A DNA stretch of 64,000 nt from Guillardia theta CCMP2712 (Eukaryota > Protista > Cryptophyta). The position numbers and the translations under genes are program-made. The notes beneath the pieces are model-generated. The model made no database searches. It saw only the letters and a list, made by a program, of their open reading frames with translations, and was not told the DNA's origin. The stretch lies in assembly GCF_000315625.1 (NCBI RefSeq), contig NW_005434672.1:775374-839373 (forward strand), written 5' to 3'. Shown here in pieces: positions 1-13,099 of this stretch (positions are counted from its first letter, which is position 1; each line of letters opens with the position of its first letter).

Positions 1-842
1 ATGTCTGACTTTCCCTTGATGCTCAGCCCTCCAGTGTCGTACACAATGCCCTTTCCAACCCAGCAAACAGTCTGAGCATCCTTTGGCATGTCACTGGGAG
101 TGTAGGTCAGGACAACCAGGGCTGGTCCATGCTCAGCTGCCTTGCCCACGTTCCACAGGCCCCCGAACCCCTTCTCCTGCAGTTCCCTGTCGCGAATGAC
201 CTCCATCGAAACCTTTCCTGTCTTGCAGTCAAGCTGAGCCACTTGCTTCGCTTCATCTATCATCGCATCTGTGTGCATGTAGTTTGTTGGAGTGTCCACC
301 AGCCGGGCAGCCAAGCGAATAGCCCTTGCCATTTCATTTAGTTGACGTACAGTTTCTTCCGACGCGACCTCAAAATTTTGGCCCTTGTGAACGAGGACGA
401 GGACTTGCAAGTCAGGCTTCTTTCGCTGACTGGACTTCATATCAAACAACGGTGGGCATGAACGGGTCACAGCCGCCGAGAGAGCCACGACATGCTCTGC
501 AGGGCATGCAACCACAACCGTCGTGTCTTTGCGGGCCAGCAGTGGCTTCAGGAGAGCAGGAACCTTGTCAGGACGAGCAGGACAGTTGCATCGAGTGTGC
601 TTGGTCGGGAGGCTGATGACTGTCAGCTTCTTACCGAGCAACGGGAGAACTTCGCCAGCATCCGACGCATCCAATCCCTTGACGGCATTGGCGAAGGATG
701 CCTCATCGATCTCAGAGGCAGGAGACACTGCCGACTGAGCTGCCTGGAAGAGAGAAGGAGCCTGGAGGGTTGGAGGAGCGCCGATAACGACGCATGCGCG
801 CTCTTCGAGGCTCCCGCCGCCTGCCGCCGCTCGAACAAACAT
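1..842 (-). CDS. M17 leucyl aminopeptidase family (NPEPL1-like), 5' part; runs off the left edge
   Basis: Manual translation of the reverse complement of 1-185: ELQEKGFGGLWNVGKAAEHGPALVVLTY...VCWVGKGIVYDTGGLSIKGKSD, the M17 GKGIxYDTGG signature. Probable ATG at 842; spliced. Confidence 0.9.
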   Translation of the reverse strand, partial: MFVRAAAGGGSLEERACVVIGAPPTLQAPSLFQAAQSAVSPASEIDEASFANAVKGLDASDAGEVLPLLGKKLTVISLPTKHTRCNCPARPDKVPALLKPLLARKDTTVVVACPAEHVVALSAAVTRSCPPLFDMKSSQRKKPDLQVLVLVHKGQNFEVASEETVRQLNEMARAIRLAARLVDTPTNYMHTDAMIDEAKQVAQLDCKTGKVSMEVIRDRELQEKGFGGLWNVGKAAEHGPALVVLTYTPSDMPKDAQTVCWVGKGIVYDTGGLSIKGKSD

Positions 843-1117
843 GGTGGGGTGAGAGTCGGACAGCCTACAGGGCGAGCTTTTCACTCAACTTCTTTTTGTA
901 CCGGCGCGGCGTACCGTTGCAACGGAAAGTATCGGGATCGTAACCGTCAGTCGATGCGCCCTGAATGGCTCGAGAAGAGGAACGAGAAGGAGGAGAGGGA
1001 CGTAGGCGATGAAGCGATGACGGAGAGCGCAGAGGGACTCCTGCTCTGCGACTGAATCTCAGAGGGCTGAGCGATCCTCCGCCCTCCCCTCCCGGTGAGG
1101 GCACTGGCCCCAGCAAC

Positions 1118-3635
1118 ATGCTTGCCGATCGATGGAAGGGATTGAGACTCCTATGCTTCATCTTACTCTGGCAAGTCATGCCTGGGGCGCTGACGTCAGT
1201 AGGAAACAACGGCATGGATGGAGGAGAACGGGTCATGTTCGTTTCTAAGATCACAAAACTTGTGCGGCGAGGCCCTCGCATGTTCGCAGTTCTGGACGAA
1301 GACAAGTACCTACCCTTGTCGCACCCTCAGGAATGTCCCCGTCCCCCTGGACTACAATTTGAGGAAGGGCAATGGCTGAAGATTGAGGCTCGCAGGAACA
1401 TGGACGCTTCGAAGAACCCTTGGACATGCACTCGCGTCATTTCTGCAGTTTCTCCGCCCTCCATGACACCTCAGTACATCGATAGACCATGGCAGGGCAT
1501 GAATAATCCTACGGGGATGCTTCCACCGCACGCCGAACCAGCGCAAAACGCCTACCAGCATGGAAAGAATGTGTTCCAGCAGGACGTGGGCGGAGCAGAT
1601 GTAGGCTGGAACGAGGGGCAGCCATTGGGCATGATGCAGCAAAGACCTCACGGGTACCCAGCGCCTGGCAGCGTACCCCAGTACGTCGCACAGGATAATT
1701 ACGCTCCACGTGCAGACATGCCGTCCTTTGTTCCATCACCTGGGAAAAGACCCGCCTCCTCCCTCAACCCAGGCTTCCACAGCGGGGCTCGAATGCCGAT
1801 GGGGCTCCGGGGCAGCATGCAGTACGGGGAAGGATCGTTGCAGCCGGTGAAGATGCACAGAGGGAAGTCTTGGGACTCCGGAGGTTACAGGCAGCCGACA
1901 GAGGAAATGTTGGCCGAGGATATAAAAACGTGCCGCAAGTACATGGACCTGATTAGATGCCTCGATAGTTACTTTGCCTCTTCTCCCATCAGCGATCTGA
2001 GCAGCGGGATGGCCTCCCAGATCATTTACAAGATTTCTTGTTTGCTTGTTGCAGATCATAATACTATCGACAAGAATATCCATCATCACAATACGCAGTC
2101 GTTGATGAGTGCCCTGCTGGAGCGATTGAGGTCAGACACCCTTTCACTCTCCTGCGGTTCTATCTGCAGTGTAACATGGGCAATGGGAAAGATATGGCTG
2201 ACTAAGCTGAAGAAAGGAGCTTATGAATTGCAGGAGAGCATAAAGAAGGCGATGGAAGTTCTCGCAACAGAAATGGTCGCGCGCGACCTGAACACTCTGA
2301 CTAGCCAGCAGCTCAGCATGGCGATCTTTGGAATCGCAAAGTCCGGCCTGACTTCCCCTCGGTTTGCTTCAGTCTTTGAGAAGTGCGAAAAAGTGATTTG
2401 CGAGGGAGGAGTCTCCAACTACTCCAATCAGAACCTTGCGAACATGGTCTGGGCGTTCGCCTTCTATGGGTACCAGAGCAATGCTGTGATGACGCACATC
2501 GACGATGAGCTTTCCAGGAGGAACATAAGTGCGTTGAAGCCTGCTGAGCTTTCAATGACCCTCTGGGCGTGTGCACGATATCACCATCCATCCAAATGGC
2601 TTTACACTCGTTTCTCTAGTGAGATGAGACAACGAGGGTTCAGCAACTGCTCTACTCAAGAGCTGGCCAACCTCTGCTGGGCATTGACAGAATCAAGCGA
2701 TGAGTATGGTGATCTCGTCTATGATGTTGCACAGGAAGTTTCCTCTCGTCCTGTGAATCCGAGGAATTCCAAAGACATGCGAAACATCCTCTGCTGCATT
2801 GCGAAGAGCAGGGTGCCTGACTGCGGGCTCGCGTCCGAGGTGGCGCGCGAGCTGGAGGCGAGTGGAAGCACCACTTCAGTGCGAGCTTGGATCCTGACCT
2901 TCTGGGCATTCTCGCACATTGCCTTCATACCTTCCAGTGATCTCCAGCAGTCCTTCGAGACAAAGGTGAGGATGCAAGAGGTGCTTGCTGTGCTGAAGTC
3001 TCCTCCAGGTGCAAGGGGATGCGATTTCCAACTCCACAACCTTCCTTTGCAAGGCCCTTCTTTCCTTTGTCAAGCTCCCCCTGAACCAGCCAAGATTGAC
3101 AGACAGGCTTCTTGATTTGATCAACTCCACCATGCCCAATCAGACGGGAATATCCGCCAGCAATCAGCCCCTAAGCTCGGCTCGCAACCTTCCCACTGTT
3201 GAGGACCTTGCGGAGCTGCTCTGGTGTTGTGCCTACCTCCGCCGACTCGAAATGGCGCCGCAAGTGCTTCAGAATCTGTTGCAGCTCATGTCGGCGCAGA
3301 AGATGCAAGGCACGTCGAGCCGCCACCTGCTCATGCTGGTGTGGTCAACCGGCGTGATGCAAGAAGAAGGGTTCGAGCTAGACGCTATGGGAGAGAACAT
3401 ATCCCTTTCTCTCAACGAGCATCGGTTGCTTCTTGGGGAAAGGATCTTGTCTCTTTCCTCTCGTGACTCACTCCTCCGCCTGCTCGCCGTGCTGCTGCCT
3501 TGCACAGAGCAGAGCAAGTCAGTAATGCTGCAGGAGCACCCAGCTATGTCGAGGCTGTGGACTTCCTTGTCTGAGAGCTGGGCTGAGGATGAAGACAAGC
3601 TGAAGCGCTTGCAGTCTCTCCTTGGCTATGCGTGA
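1118..3635 (+). CDS. Octotricopeptide-repeat (OPR)-like helical repeat protein, probably RNA-binding; P/Q/G-rich N-terminus
   Basis: ORFs 1118..3115 and 3009..3635 joined by an intron near 2965-3014. Consecutive 38-aa repeats YSNQNLANMVWAFA, LKPAELSMTLWACA, CSTQELANLCWAL. Confidence 0.75.
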
Positions 3636-3773
3636 GGCGCGGAATTCCCTGGCTGAATGAAGGAAGGCATGACAAAAACATTTTTCCATACTACTGCCGA
3701 GACGAGATGCAGAGGAGCAGCAGCGGAGGGAGCGGAGGGGCGGACGATCGGAGGAGAGAAGGAATGGTGATGT

Positions 3774-6480
3774 CTACAAGTTTTTAACTCTATAAAGGCG
3801 AAGAAGCCAATGCTGGGAGGTGAAGACTTCTTCGAAGTGCTGCAGCGGCTCTTTGCCTCCCTCCGCAACTTCTCCTCTCACCCGGTCGAACCCAGCGGGC
3901 CTGCCGAATTCGGAGACCTGGGAGGAGAAGCGATGAAAGCTCAGGCGATAGAGCAGCGAGGAGCGGAAGCGCCGGCTCCCCTCCTTCCCTACCCTCAGCA
4001 CGCCCCCAGCTGAGAGGAAAGCATCCTCCGGCTCCTTCAGCTCTTTCCCAGCTGCCCGCACCATCCAGAGGAATTTGCTGATGTCATCACTGGCGAAGGA
4101 CGTCATCCCCCCGAACCTCACGAGCACAAAATTGACTCCCATGTTCCTGCACCTTGCAGCTGCCTGCTCCCGCGTCACACACCCCTCCCTCTCCAGCTGT
4201 TTCTCACCTCCTCCTCCGGCAACGCCATGATGGCTCCCACTGCTGCAACCTGGGAGAGATTGTAGCCGCTGGCGTCGAGGAAGGTGACGCGGTCGGCGAG
4301 GGATGCGAGCTCATGCCCATGGTCCCACCAGCTCAGCACCCGCGCGTCTTTGTCCGTGTTGTCGCGGATCCACGTCATTCCTTCCTCCATGTCCTCAAAC
4401 CGCGTGCGGTTGCCGTCGCTCTGCTAGAAGGTGAGGAGGGGAGGGGGAGGTGGTGAGACGCTCACCTGCCGCCCCGCAAACTTCAAGGTGGAGGGCGCGT
4501 ACACGACGCTGGTGACCCATGAGCAGTGCCAGAGGAACATGATGAACAGGAAGAAGAGGGCGAGGAGGAGGAGGAGGGCAATGTCCCGGTTCGTCGTGTC
4601 TTCCGTCCCTTTCCTGCTCACTTTCTTGGAAGACTGGAAGCTTTCTCACTCACTAGAGCAAGAGCTTGCAGGTTACCTTCACGTGCAGAAAATTCTTGGA
4701 GAGGAGAGAAGAGGCCCCGATCGCCCCGATGATGCACGCGGCCGGTGCGAAGAGGACGATGAAGCGAACCTTGAGAGCTGAGAGGAATAGACTGGAATGT
4801 GTTCTATCAGGAGAAGGAGGTGACAGCGGAGGAGGATGAAGAGATGATCCTCGAGGAGGAGGAGATGGCAGTGGGCAAGGAGGGGGAGAAGGAGGAGGAG
4901 GAGATGGCAGAGGGCAAGGAGGGGGAGAAGGAGGAGGAGATGGTCACCTTGCAAAGAAGTAGAAGATAAGGAGGAACGATCGCTCGTTAGGCTCTGAGAT
5001 GCAGCGGTAGATACCAAGAGGAGCAAGAAAGAGGAGGCAGTGCAAGTCGAAGAAGAAGGAAGACCACGTCGTCGGCTGATTCTCCGAGACTGATGACGTC
5101 ATCGTCTCGTACGCGCTCGACGCATTCATTGGGAGGATCTGCCGCCAGAGCCCCCCTCCTCCCTCTCCCTCCCCCCCTTCCAGCCACCCTGAAGCGAAAA
5201 ACAGGCACAAGGGGAGCGCTGCTGAGAGGAAGGGCAGCGAAAGGAAGGGCAGCGAACGACCCGCGAGTATCCCAGAGGCCCTGCAGAGGAGGAGGAAGAA
5301 GGCTGCATGGGGGATGGCGTGTTCCCTTGTAAGGATCGAAGGGACATGGCGCAAGAAGAGCTGAGTCGAGCTCATGCCCACCAGGTAGACCACCTGGAAC
5401 GTGAAGTTGAAGTCCGCCGCGTCCAACCTGCACGTGCGGTGACGGGGCAGCGGGGGTGAAGGAAGCATGCCTTACCCCTTGAACAGGAGGAACAGCACGT
5501 AGACGGCGAAGAGGTTGAGGAAGAAGGTATGCTCCTCCCAGCTGATCGCCATGGCAAAGTAGAGGAAGCCCGCGAAGACCGAGGAAAGAGTCCGGTTGCT
5601 CCCCTTCCCTCGAGCGACGTGGTAGAACGCAAAGATCATGCAAGAGCACCCGATGCCGACCCCGTCTAGCACTCCACACTCCGTGCAGGAGAGGAGCGCT
5701 GGGATCACGCTAGAGAAGAAAGCAGCGAGGAGCGCCTCTTCGTCGCGACCGCAGATCTGCACTCATGACGCAGTCAATGCCTTCAAGGCAAATGTTTGGT
5801 ATCGTTAGAGTGCAGTTGGAGCGCACCATCTTTCGTTTCTCCTCCTCCTCCTCCTCCTCCTCCTGTATTCTACTTCTCATTCTCCGCCTCCTCCTCACCT
5901 GTCGTGCGAGACAATACGTCCCTCCAACACATGCTAAAGCAGCCGCTGGCCCCATTAAAACCGCGATGTGCAGAGGTTCGATCGCAAGGGAGAAACGCTC
6001 GACGAAGAAGAGCAGCAGGTTGAGAGCGAGTGCCACACCCGGGTAGCAACTCCTCCCTAGATCTCTTCCTGCAGGGTACCATGTCCTCTCGTCCTGCCTG
6101 AGAGCTCGTCAGAGCGGATCCCGAGCTATCGTGCCATGACTCACCAGTCAGAGGGGCTGAAGGGCTTGTCCTTGATCAGAGAAGCGAGTCGGAAGTGGAA
6201 GTACGACTTCGATCCCTTGAGTTCCCATCCTCTCCTGCCAGCTTCAGTCAGAGAGCTTCGACAAGGTCGAGATCGCGCACCTCAACCACCCTACAAGTCG
6301 CAAGCAACATGCGAGGACCATGATCCCGACCAGGATGCTCCGACGGATCCAAGCTCTAGCATGGTTGTCCTCATGCTCTTTTCCACGTTCTCTCCCTTTC
6401 TCCTTCTCCTTCTCCAACCTCCTTCCTCGTCCTCCTCCTTCTCCTCCTCTTCCTTCTCCTTGCTTCACTGCCTTCGCCAT
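3774..6480 (-). CDS. STT3: STT3-like oligosaccharyltransferase subunit, divergent and probably catalytically impaired
   Basis: Exons give DERTWYPAGRDLGRSCYPG, SVSENQPTTWSSFFFDLH, WIRDNTDKDARVLSWWDHGH, DDISKFLWMVR and EEVFTSQHWLLRLYRVK, colinear with STT3; multi-exon. Confidence 0.9.
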
Positions 6481-6821
6481 CGCAAGTGGCCCCAACCGTT
6501 ACCTTGAATCTACTCAGTGATAACCGTCGGAACATTCTATCAAACGAGGTCTTTTTTTGTTACTTGTGTGGGTTCGCCTCAGAGTAATTCATAGGAGATT
6601 GACAGGGACAGCACCCAGTCCCCCCCCCTTCTGCACCCGCGCACCCAGCCGCGCACCCCGGGACGCATCGAAGGGATCCTTCCGCGGCATGACGGCGAGG
6701 ACGTGGTGTTGGAAGAGGAAGAGGAGGAAGAGGTGAGGCGAGAAGGAGGGAAAGCAAGGTGAAATATACGACTCTCTCGATGGTGATGGAGTGGAAGCCA
6801 CGGGCAAGGGCAGTGACGTGC

Positions 6822-9800
6822 ATGTTGGGGTACAAGAGACTGATTCTCCTTAACCTCACTCTCTCACTTGCTCTGTTGTCGCCGGGCTCCCCCAAGTTGT
6901 CCTCCCCAGACTCTCGCTGGGAAGTTCAGACGGAGAGTGCCGAGAAGGGCAGATGCTTGCTCCCGCTGCTCGCATCGAGACTTCGAGGAGGAATGGACTA
7001 TAACCGGTTCCAAGGCCGGGACGACAGGAGGTTCCCCTATGGCGAGAGGCCTTTCCAGCGGGACATGGGATGGAGCGAGCGCGGGAGAAAGCATCCGAGC
7101 AGTGGGAACAGCATCGCCGTCAAGGGGCTGGTGCAGAGCGTGATCGAACAGAACCTGATCGACTACTTCGATGCCTTCGGTTCTGTCAGCAACGTGAATC
7201 TCCTACCGTCGAATCCTCGGTACCCCTCGAGAATGGCGTACGTGAAGTTCCTGGAGCCAATGGATGTGCTGGCAGCGTTAGATCACGATAGAGACACTCC
7301 CAGTTGGAATGCAGGAAGACCAATCCAGATTATCAGCCAAGACCCGCAGTTCCATGAGAACTTGCGAAGAGAGCAGCAAGAGATTGCGAGGAGGAAACAG
7401 GAAGAAAGCAGGATGCGTGAGCAAGAAAAGCAGAAGACTCATGATGAATCTGGCGGGTATGAAACAATCCCTGGCCTCCTTTTCAACTCTTTCTAAACTC
7501 AAACGGCAGTGCGCGAGCGCCTAGGTTGGTGGGTGATTGGGTACAAGTGCTTTCAAGGTGTATGCCTCTTGTTTTGGAATCCGCAGAGAGTGAGCAGGAG
7601 CAGATCCACAGGTCGATACTACTGGATGAACAAGGTGACCAAGGAAACCTCATGGAATCTTCCTCCCCAAGTCCAAGGTGAACCGCAGCCCCCCCTCCAT
7701 GGGTTTTGACATTCGTTGTACAGCAGAGGAAGCTCAAGAAAGCAAGCCGCCTAAGAAGTCTCAGGGTGCTGTGAAGACCCAAAAATCGTCAGCCCCGAAG
7801 CAGCAGAAGAAATCAGCTCAGACAGAGCCGGACTCGAGCTCGAGCGAAGAGGATGGTTGTGACTCGGAGGTGATGGACGTTGATGAAGCCAATGAGCTGA
7901 TGGTTCGTAGGGTTATCTGGGAGAAGGAGACAGGCAGAAGCTTGCGGAGCTGCCGATGCTTGACCGCGAGCTTGTCTCTTCCCTTCTGCTGAGGTTGACT
8001 GTCTAACTGGTGCTTGCAGATCTTGAGTGAGAGGCTGGAGCAAAAAGAAGCGCGTCGCCAAGAGCGACTGCTGATGAAGGGGACCAGGACAAAGCATGGT
8101 TGTTACGATTGAAACGTGACAATTTTCTTGTGAAGAGATTTTAAGGTGAGGGGCTGAAAACGCCAGCAAAAACAGAAAGTCGAGAGACTCCAAGAACCAA
8201 GCGGAACAAGTCTTCAGCTCCTGAACTTCTTGGCGAAAATGTTATCGGAAAGAAGATCCGTGTCAAAATTGAAGAGGACGGTCAGTGGATGCGCAAGAAT
8301 GGCCTTGTGGTGAAGTCATGTTTTATTTACCATGGCATCCTGAGTTCATGTCTTCCTCAGGTTCAAGTGAAAGAGGTTGATGGGTCTCAACAGCATCGAA
8401 TCGTCTGGAACGACGGAACGGACGATTCCTGGCTGGTGCTCCAGGTTGCTTCCTCTTCCTCCCCTTCTTTCTTGTGCTCTAATTCTGAGTGATTGTAGGA
8501 ACACGAAGTCGAATTCCTCGACCAGGAGCCAACGGAAGGAAGGAAGAAGGAAGCACAGAAGCGACCAGCCAAGTCTCGATCAACCCCCGCAAGCAAGGAG
8601 ACTGTGAGAAGGAAACAGCTCGACGTTGAGCATGGTGCTTGACCCTGTGTGTGATTTGAAATCAATTCTCTTCTTTCTTCTTGTTCCTCCTCCTTGTGAC
8701 GCTAAGCCGATCAAGTAAAGCAATAAAGGAGCTACAGGAGGTGTTGAGATAGCCAGATGTTGTCTTGTTTTCTTGTTGAAGTTTGAGCACTTGAGATCTT
8801 CTTATGTCGCAGCAGACAGCGGGACGAGGAAAAGCTTTGTGCCGCAGAAGCGAACCTTGCAAATCAGGACGGAAGATGTGAAGAAGCCCGGGGGGAACGC
8901 GTCGACGAGTCAAGATATGAACCAACCTGAAAGGAGAAAGGAGAAGGGTAAGTCACGATACGAGCTTTCGGACGACTGATACTATCTTTCAGTTGCCCAC
9001 CCCTATGACCAGTTCTTCGAGAAGTTTCGCATTCGAGACGAGTGTTTCCGACGCATGCAGGAGCACATAAGGAAAAATATAAGCATGCTCCTCGAGACTC
9101 ACGGGTAAGGAGCCTCCAACTTCCCCTTCATCTTATTCTCCCCGGCAGAGAGTCCATGCTCCCTGAGTTCCTCATCACGAACGGAGACTACTCTGTCTTT
9201 GAGATCGAAAAGCGCGTCTTGGAGCCTCCAACAGGTGAGCCTCGCTCGCTCCCTCGCCTCCTGACCCCCATGGGCTAGTGGAGGAGGTGGGAAAGCCTGT
9301 CTCGCTAGAGCAGCACTACCTTACCCCCCTAGAGCGACTCGTCCTTCCTCCTTCGAAAATCGCCAGCAAGGTTGAGAAAGAGATGTCAAAGGTAAAAGAA
9401 TTCTACGGCGTCGAGCTGCGTGACAGGTGAGCTTGCAATTCGCCTTCGTCCCCTTTCACATTCGGGTGACCAGACTTTGGGAATTGTGGAACGAGAACGT
9501 GGTGAAGGGCACAGAAGAAGACAAGAAGTGGAGAGAATGGTGAAGACAGAGAGGAGGAGACTGCTTCTCATCTTCCTCCTCCTGCTAAGGTATGGGGAGA
9601 ACTTCCATGAAATAGAGTCGGACGAAGTTCGGGAGGATGCAGACAGGCTGAGAGTTCGACGAGGCACCGAAGATTGGATCGGCCCCAATGCAATGAGAGT
9701 TGTGAGTTGCCTCCTGCAGCTCCAGCTCCTGCCCTTCTGTCTTCTGATTGTTGTGATTGGTGCAGGAGTCAACGGAAGAGGAGACTCGAGGCTTCTTCGA

Positions 9801-12555
9801 GCAGCTCTACTGGTGTAACTTCAGGTTGGTTCCTTGCACTGTGATCCCAGCTGAATTACCTCAGGATCGACGGCAAAGAAATTGTATTGCCTGGCCGCGA
9901 GAAGATTGCTAGGAAGATGCAATTTGCTTATGCCAAGTGAGAGGAGAGGGTAGAAGAGGAGAGGTATAACCTGCTGATGCATGACAGGAGGAAAGAATCG
10001 TTCGCGAAGATCGAGGCCGAGGCACTTGAGAATCGGTAATGTGAATAAGATCGACATGATTGTGGAGGCGATAATTATGAAGATGATGATGATCACACCA
10101 TGCTTATGGGGTGTGACGTCTGCACTTTCGATGACGATGATGATGATACTGGCAAAGATAGAGATGAAGTTGATGTTTAAGAGGATGATGGTGACACCGG
10201 GAGCAGAGAGAAACGATCGCGCTGGGCTTTCTTCAACGAGTCCAACGTTAGTGACTTCCACCTGGTTTCTCTTGTGCGATCTGATCGACTTCCCGCTAGT
10301 ATGCTGGCTTCAAGGAAGTCGAGGACGGGGGCGAAGGGCAAGAGGAGGAGCAAAGTTGGGCCCACATGGCTGCCTTCCTCGTCGATCATCTTCCGGGCTC
10401 AGTGCACCTGCTCAGCCTCCTCGCCGCTCGCCAAGAGGACGACAGGAGGCTCAAGAGCGCCTGCGATTCGATGGTGATGTTTGACTGCGACTACCCGGAC
10501 ACGCAAGTCGTAGCGGAGGTGCAGAGCTCTTGTTCTTGCGTGCCTTCTCTCAGTTCTCTTCGTCCTCTGCAGTTCCAAGTTGACTTGGTGCCCGCAACAC
10601 TGAACATCTTCACATCGAACCCTGAAGCTGCAGTGTGAGTGACATGATGGGCTCGAACCCGAGGCATGACAATCAGCAGGGCCATGCTGCGAAGAATCCT
10701 CGTCTACCTGGAAAAATGGCCGCGCAAACCGCTCCTCATCCTCTATCCAGCTTGCCTGCACCATCTCGTCTACGGTTTCGTCATCCGAGAGGCGGAGGTA
10801 TCACGCGGAAAAAGCAGAGGAAGCAGGTCGCTCATGTGCTCGCTGCAGGTTCCGGCGCAATGGCTAGAGCCTCAGACAATGTGGCTGTGCGATGAAAACT
10901 TGGATGTTGCGGAAGACAAGCTCGTGCGAGAGGTCTATCTATCCCTACTTCTCTCACCTGACCATTTCCTCTTCCCCTTTCTACTTCCCAATGACTCGCA
11001 ATCCAATTGTTTTGCAGGCAGTCAGACGTATCAGAGGGGTGAAAGGTGTAGAGATGATGTCAGGAGAAGTTTTGGAGTTGGACGCAGAGTCATCGACAAC
11101 TTTGCGCATGTCAAAGATAGGAATGGAGGACGTTGACTTGATAGTTCAGCACTGGAATTATGAAACTGACACAACGAGGGATTACGTAAGTCCTGACAAG
11201 AGGCAGTGTCGGAGCATGACCCTCAGCTCTCAGGTTTCCTTCTTGATCGAATGGAAAGTAACCGTGGGCATGTACGTCCAGCACCAGGAGAACACGCGGT
11301 CGCTTGTGGCCTGGGCGATAGAGGGACGGGATGGGTCGATAGAGATGATATTCTCGTTGCCTGAATGGCGGCATAATGGCCTTGCTCGAGCGGCTCTGCA
11401 CCAACTCACCACGATCCTCCTGAACAGTCACAAGCTCCAGAGGTCAACACAGTTGCTATGGAGGAGAGAATGCTGAGGTGATGCTGTCGCAGGCGGCTCA
11501 CAGCTCCGTTCTGCACTATCGCAAACGCCGACTTCGCCATGAAGCAGCTGCTGATGGCGTCTGGTTTCACGGCCGCCAGCGAGCTGCACGTGCTGCAGGT
11601 CCGGGAGACTCCCAAGGGGGAGGAGGAAGGAGGAGATGAGACTTTGGGCTGCAGGTGGGAGACTTTGCGCTGTTTCCCGCCTATCCCGAGGAGATGGAGG
11701 TCGTCTACGTCCCGCAGATCGCCAACACCCTGGTGAGCCTGCCTCATGTCCTCCGCTCCTCTGAGCTCCCTTCGCAGATCCCCCCTTGCGGTGTCCGTCG
11801 GACTGTCTACCATGAGACCCTCGACAACCATCGGCGTCTCTCGCTCGCCGAGAGCATCGAAACTTCGATCAAGTGCGCTCCTCCCGCCGCCTGCATCGCT
11901 CACATCCCTTCAGGGGCAAATCGACGCGAGGGGAACTTGGGCTGCACCTCAAGAGCTATCTGAGGGGGCCGGAGAACCTGGAGAAGGCTATCTCCATAAT
12001 GCAAGGTCGCCATGCTCCACCTCTGCCCTTGCTCGCCCTAATCCTCGTCCTCGTCCTCGTCCTCATCCTCATCCTCATCCTCATCCTCCTTTCCTGCTGC
12101 TGACCTTTGCCCGTGTAGGCGTGATTCCCAACATCACGCGTGAGAACTGCACGGACATCTTACAAAAGGTGCCTTCACTCTATGACGCTCAACCTGACGG
12201 TCGCAGTCGGTTGAGGAGCTTTCGCTGCCCCCGGAAGAGATCTCGGACCCTCACGCCTACTACATCAACAAGTAGAGCCCCTTGCCTCCCGCTTCCCTCA
12301 CCCTCTCTCAGGTGGAGGACCTCGGTGGCCACCGACGGGAAGACTTTCGTGGCAGCGTACGACCACCAGCGGACAGGGAAGTATCTTCGTCACGAGTGGA
12401 TTGAGGTGCTTGAGTCGGGTAGAAGTGCTGCCGCCACTTGACTTGGATTCACTCAACAGGCGTGGATAGAGCATGCTCGAATGTACGACGACGTGGTACC
12501 CAAGTTTCACTACACCCGTGAAGACCTCGTTGAGAAAGGTCTGACGTTCCCTTGA
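6822..12555 (+). CDS. Large multi-exon protein: signal peptide, LRGG, RRM, WW, Tudor-like, unknown region, GNAT acetyltransferase, C-terminal unknown domain (may be two genes split near 10300)
   Basis: RRM IAVKGL...MAYVKFL (7110-7330); WW LVGDW|RVSRSRSTGRYYWMNKVTKETSWNLPP (7525-7670); Tudor-like VIGKKIRVKI...HRIVWNDGTDDSWLVL (8240-8445); GNAT IEMIFSLPEWRHNGLARAALHQL (11340-11410). Junctions I traced splice in frame via short GT-AG introns. Confidence 0.6.
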
Positions 12556-12821
12556 AATTTCATTCATGTAAAACCAAGTTTGCTGCTAATTTAACCATGT
12601 TAATTATGATTCTGAAGTAAAATTGAATTCATACTCTTTCTTCCTTTCCGAGATGAAACAACATCTTCCCCAGCTATCGTGCAACTCCCTGCTACCTTCC
12701 CCTTCAAAGCCTTTGGTGCTGATACCAAACTTGATTCCAATATACCTCAAGATCAGGCAAGACTATCTGATTCATGTATGGTCAAGTGGCCTTCTAACCT
12801 TTTGAGTCACTGCCTGCCTTC

Positions 12822-12935
12822 TCCCTCCCTCGCTCCCTCCCTCGCTCCCTCGCTCCCTCGCTCCCTCCCTCGCTCCCTCCCTCGCTCCCTCCCTCCCTCC
12901 CTCCCTCCCTCCCTCCCTCCCTCCCTCTCCTCCCT
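12822..12935. repeat. (CCCT/CGCT)n microsatellite
   Basis: Visible ctccctcgctccctcc tandem run. Confidence 0.9.
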
Positions 12936-13099
12936 CAAGCACTTCTTGTCCCTCTCTTCAAATGCAGCACCTCTCACTGCTTGTAGGTCCTCACCCCCAC
13001 CCCTACCCCCCAAAGTCCCTGGCTTCACCTCACCCCCACGGTATCCACCTCCTTTCCATCAGTCGAAAGCAGTTAAAACATGCCAGGGGACTGAGGGAG

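Noticed and set aside
9930-9990. Apparent in-frame TGA (AYAK*EERV) near a SelD gene, suggesting selenocysteine readthrough
   Set aside because: The TGA lies in the GTGAG donor of a ~51-nt GT-AG intron whose removal keeps the frame.
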